In this document: positions 40,325-53,230 of the stretch, piece after piece | Layout of the letters: the number at the start of each line of letters is the position of its first letter | How positions within the stretch are numbered: position 1 is the first letter of the stretch | Assembly (NCBI RefSeq): GCF_018977255.1 | Contig: NW_024704742.1 | Coordinates: 77,812,001-77,876,000 of the forward strand | Reading direction: 5' to 3' | DNA: 64,000 nucleotides | Origin: Callorhinchus milii | Lineage: Eukaryota | The notes under the pieces: generated by a model | The model's database searches: none | What the model was told of the DNA's origin: nothing | Seen by the model: the letters and a program-made list of their open reading frames with translations, nothing else | Program-made: the position numbers and the translations under genes

Positions 40325-43300
40325 CTGTGTTAATTAATATTAATAAGGATTAAAGCATTGTTGGAGATGCTGTCCTTCAGATCACACGTTAAACCGAGGT
40401 CCCGTCTGCCTGATCAGGTGGACATTAAATATTCCATGATACAATTTGAAAAGAGAAGGAAATTTCTCTCAGAGTCCTAGCCAACAAACCCCCAAATAAA
40501 ATTGGTCATTCACTTCATGGCTGCATGTGGGACATTGCTGTGCACAAATTGGCTACTGTGTTTCCCTACAAAATTATAGCCACTGCACTTTACAGTAAAA
40601 TCCTCATGAGACATCTCATTGACGTGAAAAGGCGCTATATCAAATGCCAGAATTATTATTATTGGTAGGGACTGGGTGGAGGAAAGAGAGAAGAAAACCT
40701 TAAGCCTTTTAAAGAGGGAGTTATAGCATTTGCACAACTGACAAGCACATCAAGATCTGCATCACTAAGGAACTTTGGAGATATCCACCTCCTAATAGCT
40801 TTCCCCAACACTCTTCAGTTGAGAGTGAGAGTCATTTTACCCAAAGCAGGTGCAGATGTAGACTGTGAGTGGGAAGGAAGGGAGAATATGTGGAGATAGA
40901 TGGATGGAGTGAGCAGGAGGGGAAATCAATGACCTGTCATATTCGGCTAAAGCTGCAGACAGTACAGTGCAGAACAACAGTGCATGATACGTAAGCCAGG
41001 ACATGCACGTCCCTACCGTCATTGAGCCATGAATACTGCCTCAGAGAAAGCAACATCAGGCAAACAACCAATGGAATTGAAAATACAATAAATAAAGGAA
41101 GACCACGCACCAACAAATTAAAATGGGAAAATTGTCTTGTGTAAAATTCTAATTTCATCCATTGGCTACCATACACACACATTTGAAATCAAATTATTTG
41201 GAGCAATATTTGCAGTGGATAAAGCATTCCTTTTTATATCTAAGGAACATTCAATGCTATTTTGACAGAATCCTTGCTGAATGGAAATACCTTTTATTTA
41301 GACATAGAAAGAAATGAAATAACATGCATTTCAACACCCCTCTGGGTTAAGTAGTCACTTCCTCCCAAGTCCGAAAACCATCATTTTGTTGTTCTAAATT
41401 TTGAGTTCTACAAGGCTAGATTCTGTGCAATTCTTTGTCAGCACAAATAGTTTAAAAATAGCAGAATTTGGGGAAGAATGTAAGATGTGTTTCATTAAAA
41501 TCTATATATTAAATTTCATTTTTTTTGCAGTGCAAATATTTCCATATTATCACTCCAAGTACTCGAAGACATTATCCCATGTGAAGGGTGCTATATGAAT
41601 ATAAGTTGTTGGAGTAAAATCCTTAATTGTTCCTCATTAACAGTGGGGTTCAGAGCACAGTTATTCTTCTCTTTTATGAGGCTTTTAACATAATGATGAT
41701 GTACATCGTTAATGTTGGTGTTGACAAGCTTGCATTAACAAGCTAGAGGCTACTGTTCAAGGAATCAACATGACTGTGCAGCAGGTAGGAATGAGAATCA
41801 ATTACTTTAAGTCAAGGATTCTTTAATTTCAGCTATTTCAGACAATAAATAAATATTATTGGTCGCTTAGGGTGATTGTGTAGCTAGAAGCAATTCCTCC
41901 TTTCAGAGATTTCTCTCGACTTAGCATAGAGGAGACGATTTATTCTCACTGAGTGCCGGATTTGAGAATGCTTTGCAATGTCGGAGAAACACTTCAGAAC
42001 CAAGCTACCATTGGTAACACTGCTTCATCACACTAGTATTAATGTTTAATGTATACAGGATATCAGTTCACGATGTGCTGGACCTTTGGGAGGGGATGGG
42101 AGTGTCTGCTGAGTCTCTGTTCGAACACAAAGTTCTGAAAGTAGAGATTTTGAAGATCTGCTGGTGTTTGAGGAAGTATGTTCACGACTGTGGCCAGAGC
42201 GAATACTCAACAGAAAGCACCTGATTCGAATGACAGAACAACAAAGCAATGATATGATATTGATGGATGTTTGTGACCTTTTTGTTGGAGATCATAGAAA
42301 TAAAAATAATTGACACTGATGCATACCCGCAGGTCGAGACTTTACCTCAAAATGTTTGGAGTCACTTGGGCCCCAATGCTCACATCCTGCCCTTCATATC
42401 TGGGCATTTCCCTACCTGTCCGACCTGTTGACTCGCCAATCCACTAGCCGTTACCTCTGCCTGACTGGCTCCGGCCTCCTGCTTGTCCCTTGTGCCATCG
42501 GTGACCGCACTTTCAATCACTATGCCCCAAACTCTCTCTCAATCCTCACTTTCATCATTAACTCACACTTGTAATGGTGTTCTACCCCTTCCCGCCTTCC
42601 GCACACACCCCCCACACACACACAAACACACACAATTCAACTCCATATAGGTCCCTTTCAGCAATGGCACTTTAAACAGGCAATGTTCTGTCAAGAATGC
42701 ACAGCAAAGAAGACCTGAGATTAACTTTTTCACCATTTAGCTGCTGGAATTCCAGGCCATACCTTCAGCTTTAAGTCATTTCATATTTTTAACAGTTGTT
42801 CTCCCAGTTTTGACCTGCTAAGAGGGTCAAACCCGTTCCCCCGAACAAAATCACTTTTGATTGCTTGGAATTTTCTTCATTGGTAATTTTGTAGTGTGTC
42901 GTTACTCTAGAGAAAACACTTAACAGAACTTGCAAACATGGAATTGCATCTGTTTTATTGTAAATATTCACATACAATAATATCATTCACAAAATGAAAC
43001 TACAAACCATTGGTACAAATGTTGAAGTGGAAATATTACATTTAAAAAATACCATTCGTAAAAATATCTAGCACAAATATATAATATATATTACTAATTG
43101 TGAATTGTATGTTTAGTGATGTTCCCCATGAGATTAAAATACTCCATTGATGATCCAGCATAAAGTAGATCTGGGAGTAATACAACTGTCTGTAAAATGT
43201 GTAACATATCACTTCTGACCTGTAGTGCAGCTCAATCTGGTGTGTGTGCAGTAGACTTTCTTTCACCCACCCACCCAAATTTGCTCCTACAAACTGGACA

Positions 43301-44005
43301 ATGAAGATCTGGAAGTAGATCTAACCTGAATTATATATCCAATGCTGGATGTAAATTGGCAAATGCTGTTTTTTGTTGGCACACATTACAGAACTAATGA
43401 AAATGATTTTCATACAGAGGTGGAAGAGAATATTCACAGTATTATATTTCTCTCAGAGTGGATGATCCATTCTAGCTTCTATCAGACTGGTTGTTTCACT
43501 GAACTGCATTGCTTGTACAGTTATAATAATAATCCTTGCATTGGATTTCGCATCTGCCTTATTATATCATCAAAACGTCTCAAAGTGCTTCACAGGATTG
43601 ACTGTAAAGTGTAGTGTATCTGTAGGCGATGCACCACTTCTCCTTTTACAGCCATATCAGAAGGTTGCTTCTTATCCCAAAAGCAAGGTCTTCATATTTC
43701 AGGGAAGAGGTTGCAGAGTACTTTTTTCTGGTAAGACAAACAACACAAGGAGTGTAAATGCAGTTATTCACGCCATCTTAGTTTCAATCATATGACCTGA
43801 TGTCCAGCCACACAAAATAGATTTAATGCAGGATTTCACTCAAATACAAAACCACACAGAAAAACGCATATTATAGTTCTTTTTAACATGTCTTGAAACC
43901 AGGTGCCCAACTATTTCTTTCAAAATTGATTAAAAAAGAGTTCATAGAGCAGAACATTTCCAATGTAGGACATCATTGATACATAGCGTAGGACAAGTGC
44001 CTTAC

Positions 44006-44149
44006 CTGATAGTTGTCGTGATTTGATTGTCCTTAACAGGAGCAAAAGAAGTGCAGCAAAAATCATCATAGGAGCAATTAATACTAAGATGATGTAACTT
44101 CTCATTGATGAAGGGAAATCATCAGCTTCTTCACGCTCCTTTTCGGTTG
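44006..44149 (-). CDS. CD274: CD274-like exon 5 (stalk + transmembrane)
   Basis: aatag| (A)TEKEREEADDFPSSMRSYIILVLIAPMMIFAALLLLLLRTIKSRQLS |gtaagg. Confidence 0.85.
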
Positions 44150-47100
44150 CTATTTTTTGGAAAAAAAAGCAGAGTTCATTCAAATGTACCAACATTTATA
44201 TGTATTACAAGAGTTCACTGACAGACATTGCCAAAAAGAAATTGATTTTTTTTCATGGAAATCGACAGTGACAGCCAATGGTGATGTATAAAATTATTGT
44301 AGCGGACTCTACTCTGTATGTGTGTGTGTTAGTTAATTAGCACATCTGAACCCAGGTGGAATTCCTCCTCCAGAATGGGCACACAGGTGGATTTTCAGGC
44401 CTGTGATGTTTTTATCTGGATTTACAACTGATTACCAAAATAAATTGTAATTGGGACAGCATGATCCAAGCAATTTATAAATGAATCTCAGTTTACATTT
44501 CCACAATGACAGGTGACAGGAATCTTGCTTGATATAATAGGGAAGCATGCATTCCCCACCTAACATTTTGCATTTATCATTTACTTCACCCATGCCTTGC
44601 ACACAGGTATATGGCTAGCCATGTATCCAATCCATCTGAATATTAAGCAATCTCTGTGATAATTGTTGCTCTGCCCTTTCCTGGAGCTTGCCTTTGGGAG
44701 TAGGAGAGGAATTTTCCAGGTAAATGTCTACCTAAATTGGCCTTGGGTTTTCTCTGGATTCTCATCTCTCCTAGGAAAGGACTGAAAGGCCAGCATCAGG
44801 AGAGATGTTGCAAAACCACAAGATTGGTCTGGATGAAGAAGGTCCTTCGACCCAACCAATCTCATCCAACCTACCAGCCTCTCATCACTGCATTAAGCTG
44901 CTGTTTAATCGAGCCCAGTGTCCTGAACTCGACCACCAGAAAAACATCCTGGTATATGTTGAGAAATTGCCATTTACAACTCTAAACCTATATAATAATA
45001 ATAATAATAATCCTTGCATTTGATATAGCGCTTTTCAAGTCAAGAGGACGTCCCAAAGCGTTTCACTGAACACACTGTAAAGTGAATTGACTGTATATTT
45101 GTGGGCGAACGCAGCAGCCAATTGCGCACAGCAAATTTCCACAAACAGTCGTAGATTGAAAATGACCAATTTATTATTGTTTTTGGTTTTGGAGGGATTA
45201 TTATTAGGCGTGTGGATTAAGGAAACTTGCCCAAGGTTTCGCCCTGTCTGGAATTGAACTCAGGTCTCTCACTTGCAAAGTGAGTGCTCTAACCACTGAG
45301 CTACAGGACTCCACAAATATATCTGAATATTGTGTCAGGGGATATATTGTGTGAAGGGGGAAGGGGAGAAACTTTTCTGTATCTGAGTTATGTACATGTC
45401 AGTCACAGAAAATTGGTAAAATAAGTCATTGGGCATAGAAAGAGTAATAAAGACTTACCTGCAATATGTAAAGCAGCCGATGTATTCTTGTTTAGTTCTT
45501 TATTCCAAAACCTGCACACAAACGTATCATTGATATCTGCTTGTACTCTCAGTACACTTCTGATGTTATACAGCCCATTAGTGCCAATGAAGTAGGTGGT
45601 ATTTGCTGTCTTGTTCAGTTCAGACCCATTCCTGTAGAGCCAGGTCACTGTAGCTAAAGGATATCCCGCAGATTGGCAAATTAACTCTGTCTCTTTCTTT
45701 TCTGTAGTAGTGACAGTCTGTATGTCTTCATACGAAGCTGCAAAATACAGGACAGAGGTAATTTAATCCACTCTTGTTTTTTAAGGAATTTTTAAATATG
45801 CACTTTTCATTTACGAGTATATACGAGACGTCCTCCTGATGTGAAAGGTGCTCTATAAATGTAATTTGTTGTTGTTGTTTACCTTTTCAATGGGTTTTAC
45901 ATAAGTAAAATCTAAAGTAATTCTGGTTAAAATGGGAACTTTCATATCTGCTTTTCAGTTATTTTCTCTACTTCCACTTTGGCAACTACCACATCTTTCA
46001 GTATCATTGTAGCTAGTAGATGGGAAGTTGCAAAAGATGCCGGGCTGACAGCCCGTAATACAGTCAGTCCCCTAGACGTCAATTACCCTAACACAAGTAC
46101 ACTAACTCGATTACAGCATTATCATTCGAGTCATCAACAAAAGAGTTTGAATGGAAATCGTGGTGCAACTTTAAAGTTATTCCTCTTCCTATTCCCTGCT
46201 GGAGTACTGCTTGGTGATCCTGAGCTAATAAATCATAATAATCCTTCAATATGATATGGTGTCTTAGTTTGTGGTCAAACTGACTCAAAGTTACCACAGG
46301 ATTTTATAGTAAATTTGCCATGTCCTTCAGCTGGATAAGACGCAGTTACAAACATCTTAAACCTGGAAGATCAAGAGCGAAGCAAAGGCTTCTCCTCCGC
46401 AGTGCTGACTACTGCTGGTCTGAACTAATGATATCGCACCAATGCTCAGTTGTGCCTGACATAAAAATGATAACGCTTGTGCTTCCAGCATTGCCAATCT
46501 TCATTCTCTGGGACGTCCTCCCGACGTGAAAGACGCTATACACATGTAATTTTGTTGTTGTAATGAAAAACATCACAAAGAAGAGGGAACGTTGCTAACC
46601 TATGACTTTCAGTGCAGTCTCTTTATAATCCACTCCATTCAGGTCAATGAGACAGCGGTAGGTTCCTGCGTCGGAGACTCTGACTTGGGAAATCTTTAGC
46701 ACTGCACGTCCACTGTGCAGCTCATCCCACAACAAGAAGGCCCTCTCTCTGTATTCAGGCAGCTGATCTTGAAGAACTTCCTTCCCGTTGAACAATTTGT
46801 AAACTTCCTGCGAGGAACCATCATCCAGGATATGGTGCCAGTAAACCTTTAGCTGGTTGGCGTTGAAATTGGGGGCTACTGGAAATCTACATTCCACCAT
46901 GACGTTATTCCCGTAGGATGCAGTGTAGGATGATTTGGGAGCCGTGACCACAAAAAGAGCTGAAACAGAGAGCAGAGTTACACAACTGCTTAGACACAAC
47001 ACAGGCCAATTTAAGGGCAGAGCTGAAACTAGATACAGTAAACCTCACATAAGTTATATCACTTGGGACCATACATTTAAGATGACTTATGCAAAGTGTG

Positions 47101-47537
47101 AGTTATGTCAAAGTTGCATAGAGTATAAATTGTTGAATGGCACTTGGACAGATGCACTCCTTTGGCGAGTCACCACATTTACAGCAACTACCTGCCACGT
47201 TCTTGAGACCTTAGAAGTTAAAGCCACTATATCAAATGCAATAATTATCATTTGTTTTGAAACCAATATAGTACATAAGATGATTTATAACAGGATATAG
47301 TGACTTGTCACTGCTCCATCACAAATATTGTAACTCATGTCGTGTATTAAAACTGCAACAAGAGAAAGCAGCAGGAATAATTTTCCAGCATGTATTTAAT
47401 GTTTTCCATTGGATTATTGAGATATACCCCCCCAAGTGAATGTTCTTATCATTTTCAATTAAACCAGCCTCTGAATTCATACCTGTCAACACGGGCAAGT
47501 GCGCTCCCAGAATAAATAGTAGTATTTCAGTCTTCAT
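44006..47537 (-). CDS. CD274: B7-family PD-1 ligand (PD-L1/CD274-like): signal peptide, IgV, IgC and TM exons; cytoplasmic exons uncertain
   Basis: Four exons joined by phase-1 introns. IgV motifs ECRFPV, VYW, DAGTYRC, GVDYK; IgC motif LICQSAGYPLATVTW; then a hydrophobic TM segment. Confidence 0.88.
44991..45312 (-). mobile_element. young short SINE in CD274-like intron 4
   Basis: Near-identical to 20767-21084. Confidence 0.93.
45459..45737 (-). CDS. CD274: CD274-like exon 4 (IgC domain)
   Basis: ttgcag| (A)SYEDIQTV...ELICQSAGYPLATVTW...GLYNIRSVLRV...FVCRFWN...ALHIA |gtaagt; several N-x-S/T sequons. Confidence 0.93.
46600..46959 (-). CDS. CD274: CD274-like exon 3 (IgV domain)
   Basis: tttcag| (A)LFVVTAPKSSYTASYGNNVMVECRFPV...DAGTYRCLIDLNGVDYKETALKVI |gttagc. 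Confidence 0.94.
47483..47537 (-). CDS. CD274: CD274-like exon 2 coding part (signal peptide); the exon starts at 47551 with 14 nt of UTR
   Basis: ttttag|ataacttggacacaATG; MKTEILLFILGAHLPVLT |gtatga. Confidence 0.88.
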
Positions 47538-48702
47538 TGTGTCCAAGTTATCTAAAAGACAAAACATTTACATTTTAATAGAAGGACAATCAGCATGTCT
47601 TAGATCATTATCTCCAACCTCCAACACATCAGTATCCAACTACTGAGGTCCACAGTCAGAGCTAAGATTTGAGGCACTATAAGTAAAAACATATACTGTA
47701 TATGTATAGTTCTTAAATAGGTCCACAGCTCATCATAATTTAATATTAATGGTTCACTTTGTTTTTGTAAAGAAACTTTCACCCTTTAAAGGACACAGTC
47801 ACTACACTTTGCAGTATACCCTGTGAAGCACTTTGAGAAATCTTCCCGATGTGAAAGATGCTATATTCAAATGCAAGGATTATTTTATTTTTTGTTTAAA
47901 CAACATTTATATTCTTGATCTCCCATCACTGTCCAGAATTCTAAAATAATTTATGTTTGTTGCAGCACAGATATGTATGATTTTAAATCTACTTTAAACA
48001 CTCTGGTTTTATTAGACAAGATAGCCATATTTTGTCTTGTTCTCAGTTAAAAACATTTAAACAAAATTTTCCTCTATTGAAACTCCTTCCTTTCGGCAAA
48101 TATGATAGAAAAATCATTTTCTGATCACTTTCCTTATTGCTAATAAAATTAACAGATTTTAAAATTAAAATTATTACAAGTGGGAGAGGGACCTTTGCCA
48201 GCATTACATGAGCTGTCCCTCTCTTTGAAATTGGACAAACAACAAGAAACAAAATATAAATCTCAGAGAATTTTCTGCCACTGGATGCTGGATCCACTGT
48301 GAACATAATCACTGTAAACAATAAAGCCCTGAGCTCAATTCAATTATTTGATGTAAGCAAGTCAAGTTTGACAAATATTATCATTCTAGAAGTAGCATTT
48401 ACTACTGAACTACTAAAAAAACAAGTACTACTAATAGTTCAATGCTAGTAACAGCCTAGTCCTATTGATACTCTTGTACTAGGTCAAGCCTGACTACCAA
48501 AAGGCCAAAAGTCTAGTGGTCATAACAGTTTGGTACTGCTGTCCTAATAGTTCTGACACTATCTCTCAAATGAAACAGTTCCATTCAATGAATACATTAC
48601 TTAACACTGGAATAATGCACAAGCAGAAATCAACTCTCCTGGTTATAAAGAACCAATGTTAGTGATAGCAGTGAGTTAATCAGGACCAGCTTGTAGACTT
48701 AC

Positions 48703-48757
48703 CTCAGCCTCTGCTCTCCTTTACTTTCAGTTGGGGTAAGCTGTTGTGTGTAAAATG
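48703..48757 (-). other. CD274: CD274-like non-coding exon 1 (TSS approximate)
   Basis: Strong donor ctgag|gtaagt at 48702; TATAAA at 48787-48782 is about 25-30 nt upstream of the inferred start. Confidence 0.65.
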
Positions 48758-48781
48758 TACAATGTGTCTCTGCTTTGAGTC

Positions 48782-48787
48782 TTTATA
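48782..48787 (-). promoter_or_regulatory. TATA box of CD274-like gene
   Basis: TATAAA on the minus strand upstream of the exon-1 donor. Confidence 0.65.
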
Positions 48788-48802
48788 ATGTATAGCTAGT
48801 TA

Positions 48803-48812
48803 GGAAAGTCCC
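48803..48812 (-). promoter_or_regulatory. NF-kB site
   Basis: GGGACTTTCC, an exact canonical kB decamer, 15 nt upstream of the TATA box. Confidence 0.75.
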
Positions 48813-48947
48813 ACTTCTGCTAATTCAGAATATCGTCATTAAATGATTACCGGAGGACCACGTCACTTGTTTCTTGTCAAATGATTTATGGAGTTTTCGA
48901 TGCTTTCTTCCCCTCCGCACGTTGCACCTAAGTTTCAATCACATCCT

Positions 48948-48956
48948 TTCTTTGAA
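48948..48956. promoter_or_regulatory. GAS (STAT) consensus
   Basis: TTCTTTGAA = TTCN3GAA, next to the IRF-like AGTTTCAATC at 48931. Confidence 0.4.
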
Positions 48957-50369
48957 ATTAAAAAACAAAATGATGCTTGTTTTTTATATAGCACCTTTCA
49001 TGTCGGGAGAAGTTTCAAAGCGCTTTACAGGATTAACTGTAAAGTGGAGTGACTGTATATTTTGTAGGCAAAATGGGGCAGATAATTTGTGCACAGCAAT
49101 GTTCTTAAACAGCCCCGCTCGGACCTTCTGCGCATCCCCTGACCCCTCGGCTCCACCCTCAGTGGCCGTGCCTTCAGCCACTACTCCTGAACCTTTGGAA
49201 CTCCCTTCCTCAATCCCTCCACTGTGCTCCCTCTTTGCTGTCTTCAGATCGGACCTGAAGATTTTCCTCTTCGACTGTGCCTTTGGCCACCTCCTCTTTG
49301 TCCTGGCTGAGTGTCAAACCACACCATCGTTAAGCGCTCTAAGACGCTGCCCCACATGAAGGGTGCTGCATAAGTGCAAGTTGGTGTTGTTTTAATTCTG
49401 TATCTGGAGGAGATTTAATGAAATCAGGAAAATGATTCCGCAATGAACTGGGGCCTCAACTGGTGCAATCAGTCTGTATTTCTTAACTTACATTCATAAT
49501 GAAGCTGTAGTTTAGTGATTATACATTTTGTAGGCAAATATGGCAACAAATTTGCACATAGTAATGTCCAGCAAACAACAACTTACAATTTATTTAGCAT
49601 CCTTCACGTGCAGTGGCATCTCAGAGCACTCAACAATGGCATAGAGTTGGGGAGAAAGAGGAGGTGTCCCCTAGACCCTAGGCAGGAAACTCTTCAGGCG
49701 CGATCTGAAAATGGGCAAAGAAGGGGCAGTTGGAAGGATTGAGGCAGGGAGTTACAGAGATTCGGGTATAATGGCTGCAGGGACAAGAGACATGCAGAAG
49801 GCACAACTAAGCTGAACAAAGAGGGTGGTGGGTAGATGAGTAGGGTATATGAGCAGGTAAAGTGAACAGACAAGAAGTGAACTGAGTGATTGTTGGCTAG
49901 CTTTCTCTTTTATGCCTTCTTTTTTTCAAATCTTGTCTTCCAATCCTTAACTTCAATCCTGAACATATTGGATCTTGGTTTATCATCTCATACACATCTC
50001 ATCCACAGGACGGATACAGCTGATGAGGTTGAGTTTGTGATGCTTCTTGACTGATTTCTTAATAAAAAATAAAAGTTATTAAATTTCTTATCCATTCATT
50101 AGTTCAGAAATTGGATAATTATACATTTATTATTAAGAAATCTGTTTAAAAATACTATGAATTAGCTCCCAATAAGAGAGAGCAAGAATAATTACCAGGC
50201 AATAATTGTGTGTGGTGGGCTGTGAGGAGGCGAAGAGTAGAAGGCATTAAATTAGAGCTTAAATGATTTAGAAACATTGCCTTAAACTCGAGATTGCTTC
50301 TTGGAGCAACTCTAATTTTTCTAATATATAATTGAACTGGTAAGAACTTTGCTTGTTTGTTTGAGCCTT

Positions 50370-50693
50370 ATAATAATAATAATAATAATCCTTGCATTTG
50401 ATAGAGCGCTTTTCACGTCGGGAGGACGTCCCAAAGCGCTTCACAGAACACACTGTAAAGTGAATTGACTGTATATTTGTGGGCGAACGCGGCAGCCAAT
50501 TGCGCACAGCAATGTCCCACAAACAGTCGTAGATTGAAAATGACCAATTTATTATTGTTTTGGGTTTTGGAGGGATTATTATTAGGCTCTGTGTGGAGTA
50601 AGGAAACTTGCCCAAGGTTTCGTCCTGCCTGGAATTGAACTCAGGTCTCTCACTTGCAAAGCGAGTGCTCTAACCACTGAGCCACAGGACTCC
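50370..50693 (-). mobile_element. young short SINE, present only in duplicate copy 1
   Basis: TSD GAGCCTT at 50363-50369 and 50707-50713; empty site at 58436-58442. Confidence 0.96.
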
Positions 50694-51258
50694 GTTTGTT
50701 CACAAGGAGCCTTGTTTCTCCACAACAACAACTTGCATTTAAAATAGAGCCTTTCCAGTAGGTTAACCTCCTGAAGTGTTGTAATCATACATGTGTTCAT
50801 CTACAAGTACATACTTTACACACTTTACGATAAATCTTGTTTGCTTTGAGGTTTCTGGATGGTGTGATAAGGCTGTATATGAAATGCAAAGCTTTTTTAT
50901 TATTCTTGTATGTGGAAATGTATTCCATATCTGTGGATATTATCATGAAAAAGGACCATGTAGATTAGGAAAAGGAGGGGGTCGATAATAGAGTCCTGGG
51001 GCACACTGCATGGTTGGGAGGAGAAGCTGTTGGTGGAAACAAAGTGGAGATGATGGATTCTCACCATGACTTGCACCCCTCATCTTCAACCTCCAACACA
51101 TGTTACATAAATTACTTTTTAAGTTTATCAAGAAATAATTTGCAGCTGTTTTACTGTTAGATAACAGCCAAATGCACACAGCAGTGTCCCACAAAGAATT
51201 GTAGATTGAGTGACCAAATTATTATTTTATTTATTTATTTTGACAGCTTTATTGCCTG

Positions 51259-51619
51259 GGAGTCCTGTAGCTCAGTGGTTAGAGCCATTGGGTTCATCAC
51301 AAGCGAGCGACCTGGGTTCGATTCCTGGGCAGGGCAAAAGATTGGGCAAGTTTCCTTACTATACACAAACACACCTCTGTTTACTTAGCAGTAAGTAGGA
51401 ACCCAGTTGCTAGTTAACTGGCAGATCGCTTTTCCAGGGGATATAATTCCTTCTNAAAAAAAATCCATGACTGTTTGTGAGACACTGCTGTTTACAATTG
51501 GCTGCCGTGTTTCACCCACAAAAAAACAGTCAATTCACTTTACAGTATATTCTGTGAAACCCTTTAAGACGTCTCAAAGATGTGAAAAACGCTATATCAA
51601 ATGCAAGGATTATTATTAC
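51259..51619 (+). mobile_element. medium-subfamily SINE (duplicate at 58989-59349)
   Basis: tRNA head, internal block, (TTA)n tail. Confidence 0.9.
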
Positions 51620-53230
51620 TCAGTGAAAAACACACATTGTTTTCCTGAAAACTTACAGTAAGCTATGTGACATGATTATACTTGTTTGCTTCCAGTTTAG
51701 TGTGATTGAAACCTATGTGGAGAAGAAAATGGGTTTAACAGGGGGAAGCCCAGAGGAATTCTTTTTTTTTTAAAAACAAGTCGAGCTGGAACTCACGTTA
51801 AATATCAGCTATCTTGTTCATCATTTGTTTGATAAGTCACCCACAAAAAACACAGAATATACTTTGCAATATATCCTGTGAAGCACTTTGAGACATTCTC
51901 CTGATGTGAAAGGTGCTGTACCATGTGAGGATAATTATTACTTTATTATTACAAGTGTTTTTATATGAAAAGTTTACCAGAGAAGTCTGCAACACTGTGT
52001 TCACCTACAAATACAGTTACTGCACTTTACAATAAAATTCTATGAAGGGCTTTGAGACATTTGGCAATATGATAAGACAAGTACGTGGGCAGTGGGGAGG
52101 GTGGGAAATTATCCTCCATTGGGAGATTCTGATCACACTACCAGCAGTCAAAGAATATAGTTCTCCCAGTTACTTTACAAGATTTCACTGTTAATGTATT
52201 TAACAGACTTGAAGCAATGGTATCCTCTGTCACAGATCTTTTATGAAACTGATATTGAAATCTAGGATGGAATTCACTTTGTTTCATAATATAGCCACAA
52301 CTTCACCATCCATGCTCCATCTTCAGGCTTGGAACCCGAGCTGAGGGTGGGAGCCAAAAGGGATTGGGAGGGGAGAGATGACAAAGGAGTGGTCAAAGAG
52401 GATGATCTTGAGATGGATCTTGAAAGAGATGGCCATAAGCACCTCTTCGACGGTGCATTTGGTCATGTCCTCCCTCCCCCTGGCATCAGGATCTCCCACT
52501 GTTAAGCACTCCGAGATGCTGCCCTGCATCAAGGTCACTATATAAATGCAAGTTATTGTTGTTGTTGTTGTTGTCGGTCAGTTGGCTGTAATTTAGTTTA
52601 GCTGGCTCTTGAATTAGGTACTTTGAATTCACAACAATAACAACTTGACTTATATTGTGCCTTTTATATACAATAATGTCTGAACGTACTTTATAGTTAT
52701 GATAGAGAAAAGGGGGAAAATAGGGGTTGTTGACCAAAAGCATGATTAAAAAATTATACTCTTGAAAGGGATTTTGAAGGCAGGGAGAAATAAAGCGAAG
52801 GGAAGAAAATTCCAAGGCACAAAGACATAGTGTCTGAAGGCTTGGTCACCAATGGTGGAATTGAGGGAGTGAGGGATAATCAATAGACCAAAATTGGATG
52901 AGCAAAGAGTAACAATAATAATTTTATATAGTGCCTTTTTCATGTCCCTCAAGACTTCTCAAACAACTTTACTGTAAAGTGATGTGACTGTGTATATTTT
53001 GTGGATGAATGTAGCAGCCAATATGCACGCAGCAACATCCCACAAACAGCCATGGAGCGAGTAACCAATTTTTTTATTTGGGAGACTGTTGGCCAGAACA
53101 CTGGGAGAAACGCCCTTCTCTTTTCGAGTAAGGTTAAAGGAGATTACTTAGGTCAGAAAGTCAGAGACCAAGTCTTGATTTGAAGCTTAGTTCAATGATC
53201 ATACAATCAATGCACTGGAGCTTGATAAGT

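Noticed and set aside
42763..42906. Exon-like segment on the minus strand with good splice sites
   Set aside because: All three frames contain stops, so it cannot be an internal coding exon; it is kept only as a possible alternative terminal exon.
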